From Lingula anatina (taxonomy: Eukaryota > Animalia > Brachiopoda): a stretch of DNA of 64,000 nucleotides. The stretch covers positions 1,116,001 through 1,180,000 of the forward strand of contig CM120643.1 in NCBI GenBank assembly GCA_051362555.1, given 5' to 3'. Below, in pieces: positions 14,696 to 29,133 of this stretch; position 1 is the first letter of the stretch, and every line of letters begins with the position of its first letter. Below the pieces are notes generated by a model. The model was not told where the DNA came from. It made no database searches and saw only the letters and a program-made list of their open reading frames with translations. Position numbers and translations under genes: made by a program.

Positions 14696-17600
14696 TGGAC
14701 ACACACTTACTTCTCTCGAACCAAGTTCACATTCACTCTTTCAGTCACTCAAGTGCGCAGTGTAGGTACCTGTATATTGATTTGTTTAGCCGTGACCTGA
14801 TTCAGCGGCTATTTGCATTTAACTCTGTTTGCACAGGTTTCGACAATGGATGTTTTTAACAAATCGAAGACTCATTTCCGCTGTTGTTCACAACGCACGA
14901 TTCAAGAGTTCCATTACTGAATCTGTTTTGTGGTCGCCATTTTGCTTCACATCTGCTTTGGTAGTCCGGGTTGCGTCGTAGACGGATACATTTTGTAGAT
15001 AGATATAAGCTGATGCATAAACAGATATTTTATACGAAGTCATTGTTGCATCGTACAAGGTATGTTTTAACTTAAAAGAAACTGATAAAATACTACAAGG
15101 CCTAGTAGCACTAGCATCAACGTGTATCAATGTATCAATATATGTGACCATACGTCTTAGAGCATTCTTGTGTTCGTGCCGCATAATACACCAGCCCCAG
15201 ATAGTTAGGAAACATCGTTTATTCTGAGTAATTATAAATTACCATTACAGATAAGGAAAATACTTTAACCAAATATTGATAGGCAACACATTTTATATAC
15301 CTAAAAATTTTCTCACTACATGTCCATCACAAAGAATGTGACTTATTGAAAAACAATTTCAATTTTACGAACTATTTTGGTTCAGTATAGTTTTGATGTA
15401 TCGCTACCAGTAGCTAGGTACATGTAAACTAAATGTATGTTACCTTGAAGACCACAAAACATTCTAGAATGCAGAGCAAGCACTTTTAAATGATGAGTCA
15501 GCGTTTTCAATTCAGTAGACCTTTATCCGCGAGTGTTTATCTTTGAACAATGCAGAACATTCTAAAATCCTGATCAAGCACTTTTAAATGCCTGTAATGT
15601 TAGTTAATTCAGTACCAGAAGCGGACCTCTAATTTTACTTTAATTGTTACTTATACTATACTTATATTATTATATTGAATTAAATGAGGCGCAAGGACAA
15701 TCCAACTCCAACGTGCAAAAGAGGGAAGTCTGACTGTGTGGTAACATAATGTATGAAAGCACGGTCAGTAAACAGTGTAAATCATCAGTTAAAGAGGAGG
15801 GGGTCTTACTATAGATCGCTATCTATTGTTAAACGCGACTGTTATTATCTCTCGAACAAGCTTAAACAAAAATATTCTATTCAACTCGCTTAGACCTAGG
15901 GCGTGATGCTACTATCATCCGATGAAACACCTACCGGTACACTGAACCCTCTACCTTAACTTCAAGTACCCCTAGCTGAAACAAAAACTGCCCCTTGAAC
16001 CTGTCCATTTTTAAAGGTCAAATGATTTGTGATTTCATTGAACGTCTTTGACAGAAAGTTTTTAAGTGACATTAACCGAACCGTGTGCTGATTATCTTTT
16101 AAAGCGTAAGCTTATTCATCATGATCTATTTTGTAAACAACACTTTTCTAGACTATGCTTGAATTGATCATCGTCACTGTTTGGCTACTCTCACTGTAAT
16201 GCGTGCTGAACGACAGACAACTTATACATATCATCTGTGTTACTGTGTTAATGACTACATTTAGTTAAAATATAACGATGTCGGCGGTTTAATCCATCAA
16301 ACATATTTATATTAGTTCTTTTAAAACCAGTATCAGGTTAACACCAAATCAAAGCAAGGAACTACAACTGGTGTAACTCCTTGATCAAAGCAATTAAGCC
16401 TTGCTGACTGGTTTTGTTTAAATTGTCGTAAATTAAGTAACGCTAAATAAAGCATGTTTCAAGTTCACAGTGTTTATCCTAGCTACATGTATAAAACTGC
16501 ATGAAGAATATAACAAGACTGCGTAGCGAATTAACTTTCACAATGCTCTATGCTTCAGTTTTCCCTAGAGTCCCGTGTAATGCAATAACATCGAAGAGTA
16601 TAGCCTGGGAGTAATATAAATATGAGGCCGTGTATGAAAGATTTTACAAATTGAAAATCCTAGAATTTAAACATGCTAGGTTCGTGCACATCACTTAAGT
16701 CATCTCAACGCCTTGTCTGATCCACCTGCAAGAAATATAGTGAACATGAGGCAATCTTACACCTTAACATGTAGGCGAAGGGGTTCACTTCAATAATGAT
16801 TTCAAACAATATCAACAGCGATTCAAGACCGTTGCCTGTCTTTCACAAGTTTCAACACGAACACACAAAGGTCGCATCGCGATATATATCTGTCTCCTTC
16901 GAACAAGCAAAGGACTTTCGGTTCTTTTTTATTTGACAGCAACATAGAAAGTGTTTAGAGAGAAAGTCACACAAAGACCGACGTTGTTTTGTCTTCGCAT
17001 TTCTTCCTCCTTTATTCTGCAATTACTACCGTCGATTCATGAAACCGACAAAGCAATTAAGTGACGGCATATTGGATATATAGTCATAAGGTGCATTTCG
17101 CCGAGTGGATGGTATCATAATTCAGTGTTTGCAACAAGTGGCGCAACAAATGACAGGAAGAAAACGAAATAGAATATTTTGAAATTTAAGCAGTCACTCT
17201 GGTGGCTTTGCGTCCTGTCTGTGAATCTGACATCGAATTTAGCCCAAATTATTAGTCAATTCAGAATTAATAGCTAAAAAGTAAATTGGCAACTGCCCTA
17301 ATTTGTCAGATAACAAAAAATGCCTGTCAAAAAATGCTGGTCAGACAGCGGCGCTGAACGGCGTCGGTGTTTTTCTGAACAACTTACCTGTGAACCTGTA
17401 TTAGTTACGAAAACCCCCTTTTTTAAAAGGCGTTTTTTAAATTAATTCATTCACATAGTAAATTTACACAGGCCAAATTTCAGAAATGAACAAGAGAAAA
17501 ATATAAGTCAGCACAAATATAAACCAAACAACAATGCGTTTATATTTAAAGTATAATCCCTCCTGTTATTGGCCATCACCTTGGTGCAAAACAGTTCATC

Positions 17601-18129
17601 ATTTTCTTTTCACCGCGAGACCCTTTAATTAATGTATCGTAGTTCTCATTCTACCCATTTCATTTGACATCTCTGTTTCCTTCCCTTCTCCTTTCTCTTG
17701 TTAGAAGGAGGTTAAATAATTAAGCACTCAAACTCTGCATCACCAATGTCCAGAAAAGAATAAGTGAATGAACCATTGGGCTGGTCTACAACGTCCGACA
17801 CAGCAGAATGAATCAAATAGCAGTTTTCACAGATTCAACTGCAGTTAGCTATATAGTGCCACTACAAATACAATCCGCTGCACGCGCAAAGCTGTTGAAC
17901 AAAAGGATAGTTCGCTACGGAAGACCGTTTGTTTACATAAGTACTCTAAATGGGAGTGCCTACCCAGGCGACCAGGGGATTAGGCTAGTCACTATATTCC
18001 GTCAAAATTGTTTAGCGACCCTATCGTTATCACACTTCCTCTATTGTATTTTCTGTCGTTATAATCGCATCTAATCTTCTTATGGTAGACGGAAAAATGT
18101 ACACATTTATAATATTAGGACGGTAAGTA

Positions 18130-18997
18130 TTCATTTACATTTAATTGGTTTTAGTTTTAGGTTGGCCTCACGTAACATTTTGAACACTAAATCCAAATGA
18201 TCTAAATGATCTTCAAACGTTTTGCTCATTACCAATATTTCATCGATATACATCAGAACATTTTTCCAATTCATATCTTTGAACAGGTCATTCATAAGAG
18301 CTTGTAGACTAACACCTGCATTTCTGAGGCCAAATGGTAATTTGAGAAACTGAAAATGTCCATGGTGTGTAATAAATGCAGTTCTGAGTTTTGTTTTGGG
18401 ATCTTACTTTAATTGCCAATATGCTCCTGTCATATCCAACGAACTGAAATATTCAGGTTTTGCACTTCCAATTGCATCAAAAACTTCCTCTAAACGAGGT
18501 AATGACCAATGCATAGGCACTGTAACTTTGTTCAGCTTTCTATAATCGATTGCAAATCTGTATTCGTTCGTTTTCTTTTTCACTAAAACTACAGGAGAAC
18601 TATATGCACTCATGCTTTCTTCTATAATCCCAGGTTTCAACATTTCGTCAACCTTTCTTTCAATCTCTTCCTTTAATTTTGGAGACGTTCGGTAAAATGT
18701 TTGTTTAATGGGAATATCATTTTCTGTCTGGATATAATGTTCATATCTGCAGGTCGTGCCTAACTCTGACATGTCTTTGGCAAACACACAACGATTTCGA
18801 CCGACCAATATTCTGAGGTGTTCTTTTTGATTTTCATTCAAATTTATGATATCTATTCTCAGTACTTCTGTATTTTTAAGTGCTGTCTCTTTAGATATGT
18901 TCTGATCTTTGTTTTCATTCTGTGTCCCAATTTCTTCCAACTCATAACTATGTGCCTCTACAGAGCACGCTTTAGCTAGGACTGTTTTGCTTGGCAA
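18130..18997 (-). pseudogene. Gypsy reverse transcriptase (interrupted)
   Basis: SAYSSPVVLVKKK, RFAIDYRKLN and FSSLDMTGAYWQ; then an in-frame stop at 18404; then TAFITHHGHFQFLKLPFGL and a mutated YIDE catalytic motif. Confidence 0.9.
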
Positions 18998-19300
18998 TAT
19001 TATATTTTCATATTTTTTATATTTCTGTTGGGTTCAAGATTTGATAACATGATCTATTTTTATCCACTGTTACCAAACACTTAGATCCTAAGATATTTCT
19101 TTTACATGCTAACTGATTGACTGGCTCTAACAATGCTGTATGTACACACGAAGCATGCGAGATTTTCATTGGAATTAAACATTCTGATTTTGCAGGAATG
19201 TTCTCCTTTATAATGGATCTAACAAATCCAATATATGGAGGATTGTACAAAGGTAATGCTAAGTTGCACTCAGGTAGAGTGAAACCGTCAAAACCGACAT

Positions 19301-19579
19301 CTATTTTGACTTTGTGTTTTTCAGAAAATCCATGCCTATGATCAATTTTCGAGGTAATAGGCGTAAAATACAAAAATCGTGATTGATGACTACATCGCCG
19401 AAACAAAGGGGTAATTCTTTCAAGCCAAGAACCTTTTGAACAGAACCGTTTATTCCCGAAACTTCATTTATCTTTGATGACTTGTAAAATTTTGGATCCT
19501 TTTTGTTAATTGAACTCAAAAATTGTTCTGGCACACATGAAATCACGGCGCCAGTGTCTACCAATGCATCAACGTGCAT
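19301..19579 (-). pseudogene. Retrotransposon aspartic protease
   Basis: ALVDTGAVISC active-site motif and the C-terminal LIIGMDFL motif. Confidence 0.9.
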
Positions 19580-19678
19580 TTTCGAAATTTTGATTGATAA
19601 TAGATTGTGAATTTGATGATTTTCAACATTTGAAAATTTGACGCATTCGTTTTCTTTTTCGTTCCTCTTATAGTCTAG

Positions 19679-20600
19679 TCATTTATTGGCACGTGCGTAA
19701 TAGCAAATTTTAGAAATATGCCCAACACCGTTGCACACGAAGCATTTCACATTTCTAGCATAGCAATTTCTTCGAAGATGAGTGAACTTACCGCAACTCA
19801 AGCACATTGGGAATCCCTGTTCTTCTGAACGTTGGCCTGATCGTGGACCAGATTGTTTGTTTTCACGGTGTATGCTGTCTTGAAAATCGCCTCTCCTCCG
19901 ATCTCCGATGTAGTGGTTGCGCACACGACATAATGCACCTGTCTGATGTCTTCTCGGTTGCATAGGAACCTGTGTCTCTCTTCGGGACGTTCCCATGATG
20001 TGCACCTTCGCAGGGCGAGCAGCGTTGATTACCTGGCTCATTTGTGCGCCGAGAGCGTCTATTTTGGCTGCCACCTCCATGAGGTCCACGTTCTGCTTTA
20101 TGCTGGAAGGCTGTACCGCATTCTCAGGCAGCCTTGACTGTGACATCAGTTGGTCTAGGTCACGTGGCTCCTGCTGTACAACAAAGGGACGAATCTGTGG
20201 CAATAGACCGTTCACAATGGCTGTTAACGTGATTTTTTCATCGAGTTGTGCCAGTTTGGCGTCATGCCTCAAGGATGCGATGTAATTTTGGACGGGTTCC
20301 CCAGGCAGTTGCTGCCTCTTAAACAGTTTTGATGTTATAAACCAAGTTCCCGTGTTTCTTGGCCTATATATCTTAAGAGAGTCTTCATTGAAGTTTCTCC
20401 ATTCCTGTTTCACTACCTCGGCCAAAGTTACGTACCAGTCCAATGCAGCAGCAGGGAGTGATAGAGGAAAAATTGAAATAATTTGATCGTGATCAAGAGC
20501 GTTAAAGTTAATATAGTTCTTGAAATGATCTAACCATCTATCGGCGTCCTCTTGACCGTTTCCTTTAAATTTTCAGGTGCCAGGCTCCAATCTGAACTCA
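19679..20600 (-). pseudogene. Gypsy gag with two CCHC zinc knuckles
   Basis: FKGNGQEDADRWLDHF, QQLPGEPVQNYIASL, CLSCGKFTHLRRNC and CFVCNGVGHISKIC; frameshifted upstream. Confidence 0.85.
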
Positions 20601-21439
20601 TGTTCCAGTGTTCTTATTTTCCTTCCCAAAGTTTTTCTAAATAATTCTGGGCTTCTATATACGTTGAGACGGGATCGCCGGGAAACTGGCTATTGTTGTT
20701 CTTCTTCGTCGTTGCTGCTGAAGTAAATTGGGGACTCGGGGAGGTTGGTGAACTGTTTAATGGTGCTGCTATTGACTGTTGGTGGGTCTTGTGTGGTGGG
20801 CAAATTGTCTCTGGGAGTTGACTTTTCGAGGTCGTCACTGATGACGATAGGTGACTCAGGCCGATTGGAGTTGGGTCGGTTTGGCCAGGTAACGCTGAAA
20901 TTTGTGTCGTTATTGTCGTCGGTTTTGGTGTCGCTATTGCTGTCGGTTTCACTACTGAGGTCAATGATAATGAATACTTTTCTCCTGTCTCTAAAATTGA
21001 TTCGCATTGTTCGAGATTCGTTGTAACACATGGGTCAACAATTGAAAATGGGCTGTTTCTTATTGTTTCTGATTGTGTGTTTACGTTAATTTGAGGAGTT
21101 TTCTGTATTTATTCGTCGTCAAACGATTCGCTTGATGAAAGTAAGTGGCGACGTGAAAGTTTGTTTCTCACACACTTTTCTTTGGTTATAGAGGGAGCAG
21201 GTGAAAAGTTTGGTGTCCTTGTATAAAATTTGATTGTTTGTTTTGGAAGTCTCTCTGATGTCTTACCTTCCAGACCCTCGATTTTCTTCTTTTCTACTGC
21301 TTGTCTAGTGTTAGCTGTTGGCGGACTCCAATCTGTTGGATTTTCTCCTTGCATCTAGAGCGTGTAGGTAGCTGGATCGATTTCCTCCACCAGTTACAGT
21401 ACCGTTATTTTGCCTGTACTATTGATGAAGAACATACAT

Positions 21440-21960
21440 CTTTTTGGGAGCCTAAAAAAAATATTCCTATATTCTTAATTTCCAGTTACAATGTATTCTC
21501 TTTTATCCTATATAGCGTCATTCCAATGTCATGATGTATCACAAAGTCTTTCTCTTACATTACCTTATTTGGTAATGTATTAATTCCTCAGCTCCTACAC
21601 AGTGTCTATGATTATCCATTTTTCCATAACTTTCCATCATTACGTCATTACTAAAAAGTAATCATTCTCTTATTAGGCAATAGTATGATACTTGACCTTA
21701 GGTCATTTATTTAAATGCATTGGATTTGCATTCAAAAGTAAACGGCCTTTACTGACAGACACAAGATGTCTAGGTTCTAGATTCCAGTTTTGTCAGCTCG
21801 ATCTTGATTTCATATATTACCCATATCAGCAAAATCACTTAACAGCTATTTTTGCTGATAAATCGACTTCATGTAAAGCTCATACTTTAAAACATAAAGT
21901 TGATATTTTGATGACCATAACCCCCAACAAACAAGAATACAATAAACAAAATAAATATGC
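21440..21960. repeat. Locally duplicated block; paralogous pieces at ~27025-27580 include a ~150-bp tandem duplication
   Basis: TATATTCTTA.TTTCCAGTTACAATGTATTCTCTTTTATCCTATA occurs at ~21468, ~27191 and ~27343. AAATCACTTAACAGCTATTTTTGCTGATAAATCGAC occurs at ~21832 and ~27025. Confidence 0.8.
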
Positions 21961-22574
21961 GTATCAGAAAGAACGTGACACTACCAGCTGACCGCGGCCA
22001 CGTCTCTGAGAAACAAGAATGTAGAAGACTGATAAACGAAATGCTTCTTTCATGTTTAAGTGTCAGGACGATCTTGGTCCTCCAGTTGACTCTATTTTCA
22101 GTCGATTGGTTTAGATCGGATCGTTGTCCGATGTACACATTTATCATGTGACACTTATATGTACCGGTACATGCACCTAATAAACAGATGATGTCATAAC
22201 AGTCATCATAAACAGATGTTTTCTAAATCCTGATTTTACGCACACATCCACGCTGACACCGTCAAATTTAGATAGGTTTTGTTTGTTGCTGTGAGGCGTG
22301 TGTGACGAAGTCGTTGTCTTTATCTTTTGCTGTTACGCGAGATACAGTAGTTAATACCCAGGTACTCATATATTATAATCTTTCTTGTTATTTATAAACT
22401 ACTTTAATTTCCGCTTTCTTTCCACTGCTACCTCTACCTCATTCAATATTTAGCTGCCTACTCTTTTTCACATTACACGCAGTTGTATAAGTATCATAAG
22501 AGCATGTCAAACAACTTAATTACACTACAAAACACTCTCCGCTCCTAACTCACTCATGACTGTCAATTATTTTA

Positions 22575-23102
22575 ATAATAATAATAATGTTATCAAGATT
22601 GCAACCCAGTGGGTTGAAGTTGTGCATAGAATGTTAAGAACATTATAACGATAATAAAATGATATTTGCTTGAATGAAATTGCTACTTGAACATTAAAAT
22701 TACTGTACTTAGGATAAAATACAACATTATACTATTGGAAATTAAAAAGTGCATGCGGAATAAAAGAGCATCGGAATCTATCGGTCTTAAATTTTGGCAC
22801 TTTTTATCTATTGTTTTATCTTAAAAGACGATTGGATTGCTCAATTACAATGTGTTTAAGTTTGTCAAATAACGACTTTGGACAGTATCTAAGAGCTTGC
22901 ATTGCTCTATAGTTAGTCCTGGATGCCACACAGGGCAGGCATATTCTAGAATCGAGCGCACAATACATTGGTAAACTTGAAATAAGGCAGGACTGAGCTT
23001 AGCTCGCTTCAGTTGATGGAGGAAATAGAGTCTTGCACATGCCTTTTTGTATATATGATCCACATGAATACCCCATTTTAGGTCATTTCTAATTACTAAC
23101 AT
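22575..23102 (-). mobile_element. 3' fragment of a CR1/L2-group (Crack/Daphne-like) LINE
   Basis: DLKWGIHVDHIYKKACARLYFLHQLKRAKL..RSILEYACPVWHPGL, followed by a 3' hairpin and a (TTA)n tail. It is homologous to 48308-49641. Confidence 0.8.
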
Positions 23103-23359
23103 TACACATGGACCAGTGTCTGCCCTTAGCGTATACTAAAACCCTGCAAAATCAGCTGATCGTGTGACACAAAATTATATTAGAAATAAATTTCAAAAAC
23201 ATTATTTACCTACAAGTTGGATTTTTCAGACAAGGGGGTCAAATAAGAGCTCACAGACATCATAAATAGGCCTACGACAATTTGCGTCAGCCGCTCCTAG
23301 AGCGCCTGACGGTGGAGGCAGCATCACTATTTGGGGCGGAAGTTGGATTAAAAAAAGCC

Positions 23360-23835
23360 GTCGAGGCAGAAACTTATCTTGAGGACCATTCGCCCTAGCT
23401 CTTCATGCATTTATTTACAAATAAACTTCAATTTTTATTGCTTATCCGTAGCTAATGACAACCCCCAGTAATGTAATAAACAGCTGATAAACCGACTTTA
23501 TTTAAAGCTCACAAGACTCTAGATAAGAATGCGCCACCTGAGTTTATATAAGTACGAAAACAGGCCCCCAAAGACAAGAATGACAGCAGCGAAGCATCTT
23601 TTTATATTTCGTGTAGTTATGTGGTTGTAATTATTTGGTTGAGGGGCGGATAGGACGTGACTATTCACCAGCGCACAAATTTCCAGTTATTTAACAGGTA
23701 AATTTTAACTTTAAATATTAGTGGTTAGTGGTACAACTTAGACACGAATGTAACCTCTAAAATAAGAGACCGCAGACTGAAGGCTGTCAGTCATTTTTAT
23801 CATCACACAGAAGAAGCAGCAAATAGATTTCTTCT
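23360..23835. repeat. ~450-bp locally duplicated non-coding block (second copy ~25560-26010, partial copy ~24745-24985)
   Basis: Shared TCGAGGCAGAAA...TTATCCGTAGCTAATGACAACCCC...GTAATAAACAGCTGATAAACCGACTTTATTTAAAGCTCAC...AAGAGACCGCAGA. Confidence 0.85.
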
Positions 23836-23999
23836 CTTAGTACCCACACATGGTCACATATCCTGAGAAACAAGAATGATATGCATGTACCTATTCACAA
23901 TTCAAGACAGTTAAACGAAATGTTTCTTCTTTTTCAAGTGTCAGTCCTGGTTCAGGCATCGAAGATCATGGTCCTCCAATTTACTCTATTTTTCAATCA

Positions 24000-24170
24000 G
24001 TTGGATGAGCTCGTTATTGTGCTGTTGTTGATTTGTATGAAAGGTATTGAGGCTATCTGTGTATGATGTTCTTTGTCTTTCTCTACTTCTTCTTCCTTCA
24101 AATTTCCCACAGAGAACAAGTTTTTCTATTCCATCTTTTCTGATGGTTTGGGCCAGATGTTTCATTTGTC
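24000..24170 (-). mobile_element. RTE-clade LINE C-terminal remnant (second copy ~27690-27840)
   Basis: The minus strand reads TIRKDGIEKLVLCGKFEGRRSRERQRTSYTDSL, and LCGIIEGRSCRERQLASY in the second copy. This is the G(K/R)xEGxRxRGR tail of RTE ORFs. Confidence 0.55.
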
Positions 24171-27100
24171 TTTTTTTTTCTGATCGCTTTCACCACGAGC
24201 GTTGTACTCCTGCAAGTTGTACCACATTGCTGCAGTTTCCAGTTTCTCTTATTGTTATTGGAAATATTTCAGCATTCACAACCATGTATGCACCAAGGAT
24301 TTCAATGTTTTTATTTTTGTACCAGTTTAGTTTCTGTCGTTTAGTATCGGGCTCATCTTATTAAATTTGTCTCAAGGTTTTATGTACGAACGGTAGCGTG
24401 GCATTCGTTATTTTTTCTATGACTACACATTTTTAGAACCAGGAAATATGCACGGATTGTCCCCTAAACAATTTTCGATGTTCTTATTATGAAATCAACT
24501 CTGTGACCTGCCTGTATTTTATTAAGAGTTGTAAATCTTCTAACATAGGATACTGGTAGGCCTACCTCGAAAATAAAATATATATGTATCTTCAGGAATG
24601 GCAGTTGGACATTAAAAATTAATTCGATAGTCGTATTGTTTTAACCATTTTGGTTACTCATGTAATTATTATTAGAGAGTTAATAATGTTAACTTTTTTA
24701 CACCAATTATTATAGCCCTGCGTATCTGTACCAATTGACTAAGAACCCATCGAGGCAGAAAATTAATTATCTTTCGTCTTAGCTCTTGATTTACTTACTT
24801 CGAACTTTAAATATCTAAACTTCATTTATTTTCATTGTTTATCCGTAGTTAATGGCAACCCCCAGTAAAGTGATAAACGGCTGATAAACCGCCCTTATTT
24901 AATGCCTACAAGACTCTAGATAAGAACACTTCTCATAAACTTAGTACACCCAAAAAACAAGAATGACAGCAGTGACTCATTTTTTTTTTAATTTCAAGGC
25001 AGAAATAAAATAACTTTCACTTACTATTTCAGTCTCATTAGCTTTGGGTGTTAATAAAGAATAAGATAAGGATCTTTGGATTCAATTGTTATCATAATTG
25101 CTTGCGACGTGCCTCTTGGACCACGCACGTCACACTTGCAAACTACTTGCAAACTCCTCCTTTCGAGGGGAGCAAGTTACGTTTTGCAGCCTCGCTGTTC
25201 GTAGGTTATTCGTAGAATCTTTTGGACATGTCCAACATCCTCCGCACGTGCATACGGGCTGTCTGCAAATTTTACAAAAGGGACTTGCGTTGCATTTGAT
25301 ATTCTGCGCAACATATGGACGCAAACAGGCCGTAAGAGCCTGTGCGGCCAGTTGTGAACGAGTCTTTAATTATCTTACATAGAATACCCCAAAAAAAGTC
25401 TACAGGTTTGACAGTTTAAGATTAAAAAGTCACTACAATATTCGTGTTGTTTCAACATTTTTTGTTGACAAATTTAATATTTATTTACGTGTTAATACTT
25501 TTAACGTGATATACACCAATAATTGCAGACCTGCGTATCCTTGTTATTTTACGAAGAACCAATCGAGGCAGAAAATTATCTTAAGTACCATTCGCCGTAG
25601 CTCTTCATTTATTTACAAAGAACTTCAGTTTTTTTATTGTTTATCCGTAGCTAATGACAACCCCATTGATGTAATAAACAGCTGATAAACCGACTTTATT
25701 TAAAGCTCACAACACTGCAGATAAGAATGCGCCACCTGAGTTTATATTATTACGAAAACAGGCCCCCAAAGACAATAATGACAGCAGCTAAAAATCTTCT
25801 TAAATTTCGTGTAGTTATGTGGTTGTAATTATTTGGTTAAGGGAGGATAAGACGTGACTGTTCATCAGCGCAGACATTCAAAGTTATTTATCAGGAAAAT
25901 TTCAACTTTAAAGAAACATACGAATATCACCTCTAAACTAAGAGACCGCAGATTGAAGGCAGCTGGCCATTTTTATCGCCAGCTAAGATAAGCAATTAGA
26001 TTTCCGCTCTGGGATATCCCTTCTTGGGCATACAAAACAAAACACGTCCAGGTTCTTCTTAAAGAAACCAGCTTGGAGCACATACCCCTGTAAATGAGCT
26101 TGTCAGTGTCATTGAGGACCGTAAGATCTGCAACTTATTTATGCTGTGGCCGAAATAATGATGTAGACGGTTGACTACGATCGAAATGATGATTAAACAC
26201 AGGGCAATATGACAGAGAAGAAATTTAGCGCAACGAGAACGAACTTAAATGTATATACATACTAACATGTATTTCCTGGGAAAATAAGCTATTTTCTCGT
26301 GCTCACACTTGGATTCGACATAAAATAAAATTGATAAAGGTTGGATTTAGAATTTAATGAAGACCTGTCATTTTAGGGCGACCATTTTTCCTATCAACAT
26401 CAGGTACGCCCCATATCAACATCAGGTACGCCCCAGAAAAAATATTTAAGAGGTTGAATAATTTTTAAGGTATATACAGGATTTTATAAGAAGCTGTGGA
26501 TGACGAAAAGGAAAGGTTTATTGAATATTTGATATAGAATTTTTATCCCTAAGGCCATAATATTTAATACAGGCAACAATTTGCTACATTGTTATTATTG
26601 TTAAAACGCTTAGGATAGAGGGGTTATATAATAAAAGCGGCCTGGTTTGGCCAAATCACGAACAAACAATATTCCTTGTTGCCTTCTTTCTTGCTATGAA
26701 TGAGACTATAAAAGTTTGTGGTACACTGAGATGGAGGAGACATAAATAAGCATTTTGGGGATTGCCAAACCCATAAGGTGTACTTTTAAGATGCTTTACT
26801 TTGATTGGAAGAGGAGAGACGAACTTGACATTTTGTTGAATTAAGTACAGTGCAATAATTTCCTTTGCTTTTTAAAAAGTACATAAATGTTACTTCATAA
26901 TATGCTAACATAATTTGGATTGTAATGAAATAACTAGAATTGCCAGTAAACTAGAGGCGTTTATACATTACTCAAATTTTTAATTCTTTTACATAAATAA
27001 AATTGATAACAATTAACTTTCTGTAAATCACTTAACAGCTATTTTTGCTGATAAATCGACTTCATTTAAAGCTCATAGTTTAAAACATAAAGTTGACATT

Positions 27101-28453
27101 TTGATGGCCCTGACCCCTAACAAACAAGAATACAATAAACAAAATAAATATAGTATCGCTATCTTTTTGGGAGTCTAAAAGATTTATTCGTATATTCTTA
27201 TTTTCCAGTTACAATGTATTCTCTTTTATCCTATAGAGCGTCATTCCAATGTCATGATGTAACACAGTCTTTCTCCTACATTAAAAACAAACAAAATAAA
27301 TATAGTATCGCTATCTTTTTGGGAGTCTAAAAGATTTATTCGTATATTCTTATTTTCCAGTTACAATGTATTCTCTTTTATCCTATAGAGCGTCATTCCA
27401 ATGTCATGATGTAACACAGTCTTTCTCCTACATTACCTTATTTGGTAATGTAATAATTCCTCAGCTCTTACACAATGTCTATGATTATCCTTTATTTCAT
27501 AACTTCCCATCATTACGTCAATAACAAAAAGTAATCATTCTCTTATTAGGCAATGGTATGATACTTGACCTTAGGTCGCAATTTCTATTAATACAGATTT
27601 TTCATTGTATCATCATAAAGGAATGATAACTATACTCCCTTATTCTTTTTTATTATTGAACAGAACATGCACTCTTTAACTCTCTTACTTACACTTTTTA
27701 ACTCTCTTAACAAATTTTCAGTCGATTGGTTTAGATCGTTGTACGGTTGTTGGTTTGTTCCAGAGTCATAAAGACCAACTGTGTATGATGCCAATTGTCT
27801 TTCTCTACAACTTCTTCCTTCAATTATCCCACAGAGCACTAGTTTTTTTTTTTTTTTTTTTTTTTTTTTCTATAATGAAATGATAATGACAGCAGTATCA
27901 GCCTCTATTTGTCGTACTTTGACTGGGATAGAAGAGACGCACTTGGCATTTAGTAAGATCACAGCGCAACCATGATTCTGTGTTTTTAGAAAGTACATAA
28001 ATGTTCAGAATATGTTATTAGAGAACTCGAATTGCAGCATGATAATTATGTTAATTAAATGTGTTCATTAATCACATAAATTCTTTTTTCTGAAATTAAG
28101 GTATTGTCGATCCTCTATACATGTTTAATCAGCTGGTAAATCGATCTCATTTATAACTCTCTATCTACCTTCACTAACTATCGATCCACCCCCCCCCCCC
28201 CCCTTACATCTAACTTGTGAACTCAGCAACCTTTGTCTGTATTGTACACAAAGCCAGACGGAGTGAATTGAGAATGAGCCCGACGACTACTGGTGCAACA
28301 AAACTGAGGGTCAGTGTCCGCTCTCCATTTAGTTATATTTGGGGTTAGTCTTACTTACGTGGGTCAAAATAAATTATAACTGTTACAATTGTTTTGGTTT
28401 TAAAAAAATAAGTCCAGAATCACGTTTGCCTTCATTTTCACAGGTGGAAGACA

Positions 28454-29033
28454 ATGGCAACAGCACCGGTAATTCCATCTGAAGTTCCACGGAATGAAAA
28501 AGAAAATTATTTCCGCATGCGACTGCTCTTAGAACGTGCAACTGACGTGCTTCGAGATGTTCTCAGGACTCAGCTACAAGTAGCTTATCCAGGACTGTTT
28601 GATCCCATTAAAACTGACAAACTTTTTGACATACTTGATAAGCAACAAGTCAAACATTCCTTGCTTCTGTTGAAAAAGAGAAAGGTACTGAACTCGAGTC
28701 AAATGAAACTCCTGTACCCCTCTGGCACCCCTTCAACAACTGTGACAACACAGGACTTAGACATTACACTTGTAGCTGTTTTATTACGAAACATCACCAA
28801 TCTGAACCCTAATGCTAAATGGGAAAATCCACCAGCTTCCGACAACTCCATAGAGGCCAACATTGGTAGAGTGAGGACCTACCGCAATAACCACATGCAT
28901 GGAAGTCCTGGCATCACTGACACAGCATTTCAGGCAGAGTTTAACGAATTCAAGCACGTCCTGCTGTCACTGTCACCAACATATACCAGCGATGACTACG
29001 ACAAGCTTCTTATTGTACCTCTAGATGCTAAAG
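28454..29033 (+). CDS. First coding exon of the HEPN-STAND-TPR gene: DZIP3-like HEPN ribonuclease domain
   Basis: ENYFRMRLLL..DVLRDVL, Q.KLLYP, DLDITLVAVLLRNI, and NIGRVRTYRNNHMHG with an intact RxxxxH. Acceptor ttttcacAG at 28443; donor AAAG|GTAATT after 29033 (phase 1). Confidence 0.85.
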
Positions 29034-29133
29034 GTAATTGAGTTTTATAAAGCAGCTTTCGGTGAGTAACAATAAAATGTATTTACATGTAAGCGTTAAA
29101 CCCGCGTTTTTCGTCATCCGGAATAGTAAACTC

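Larger units (their letters stand above)
18125..21400 (-). mobile_element. Degraded, 3'-truncated Ty3/Gypsy LTR retrotransposon (gag, protease, RT)
   Basis: Order gag -> protease -> RT on the minus strand, broken by stops and frameshifts. No RNase H, integrase or paired LTRs were found. Confidence 0.9.

Noticed and set aside
21334-21397. Gypsy 5' LTR (short TG...CA segment next to a TGG PBS-like motif)
   Set aside because: It is too short, and there is no second LTR copy or TSD in the window.
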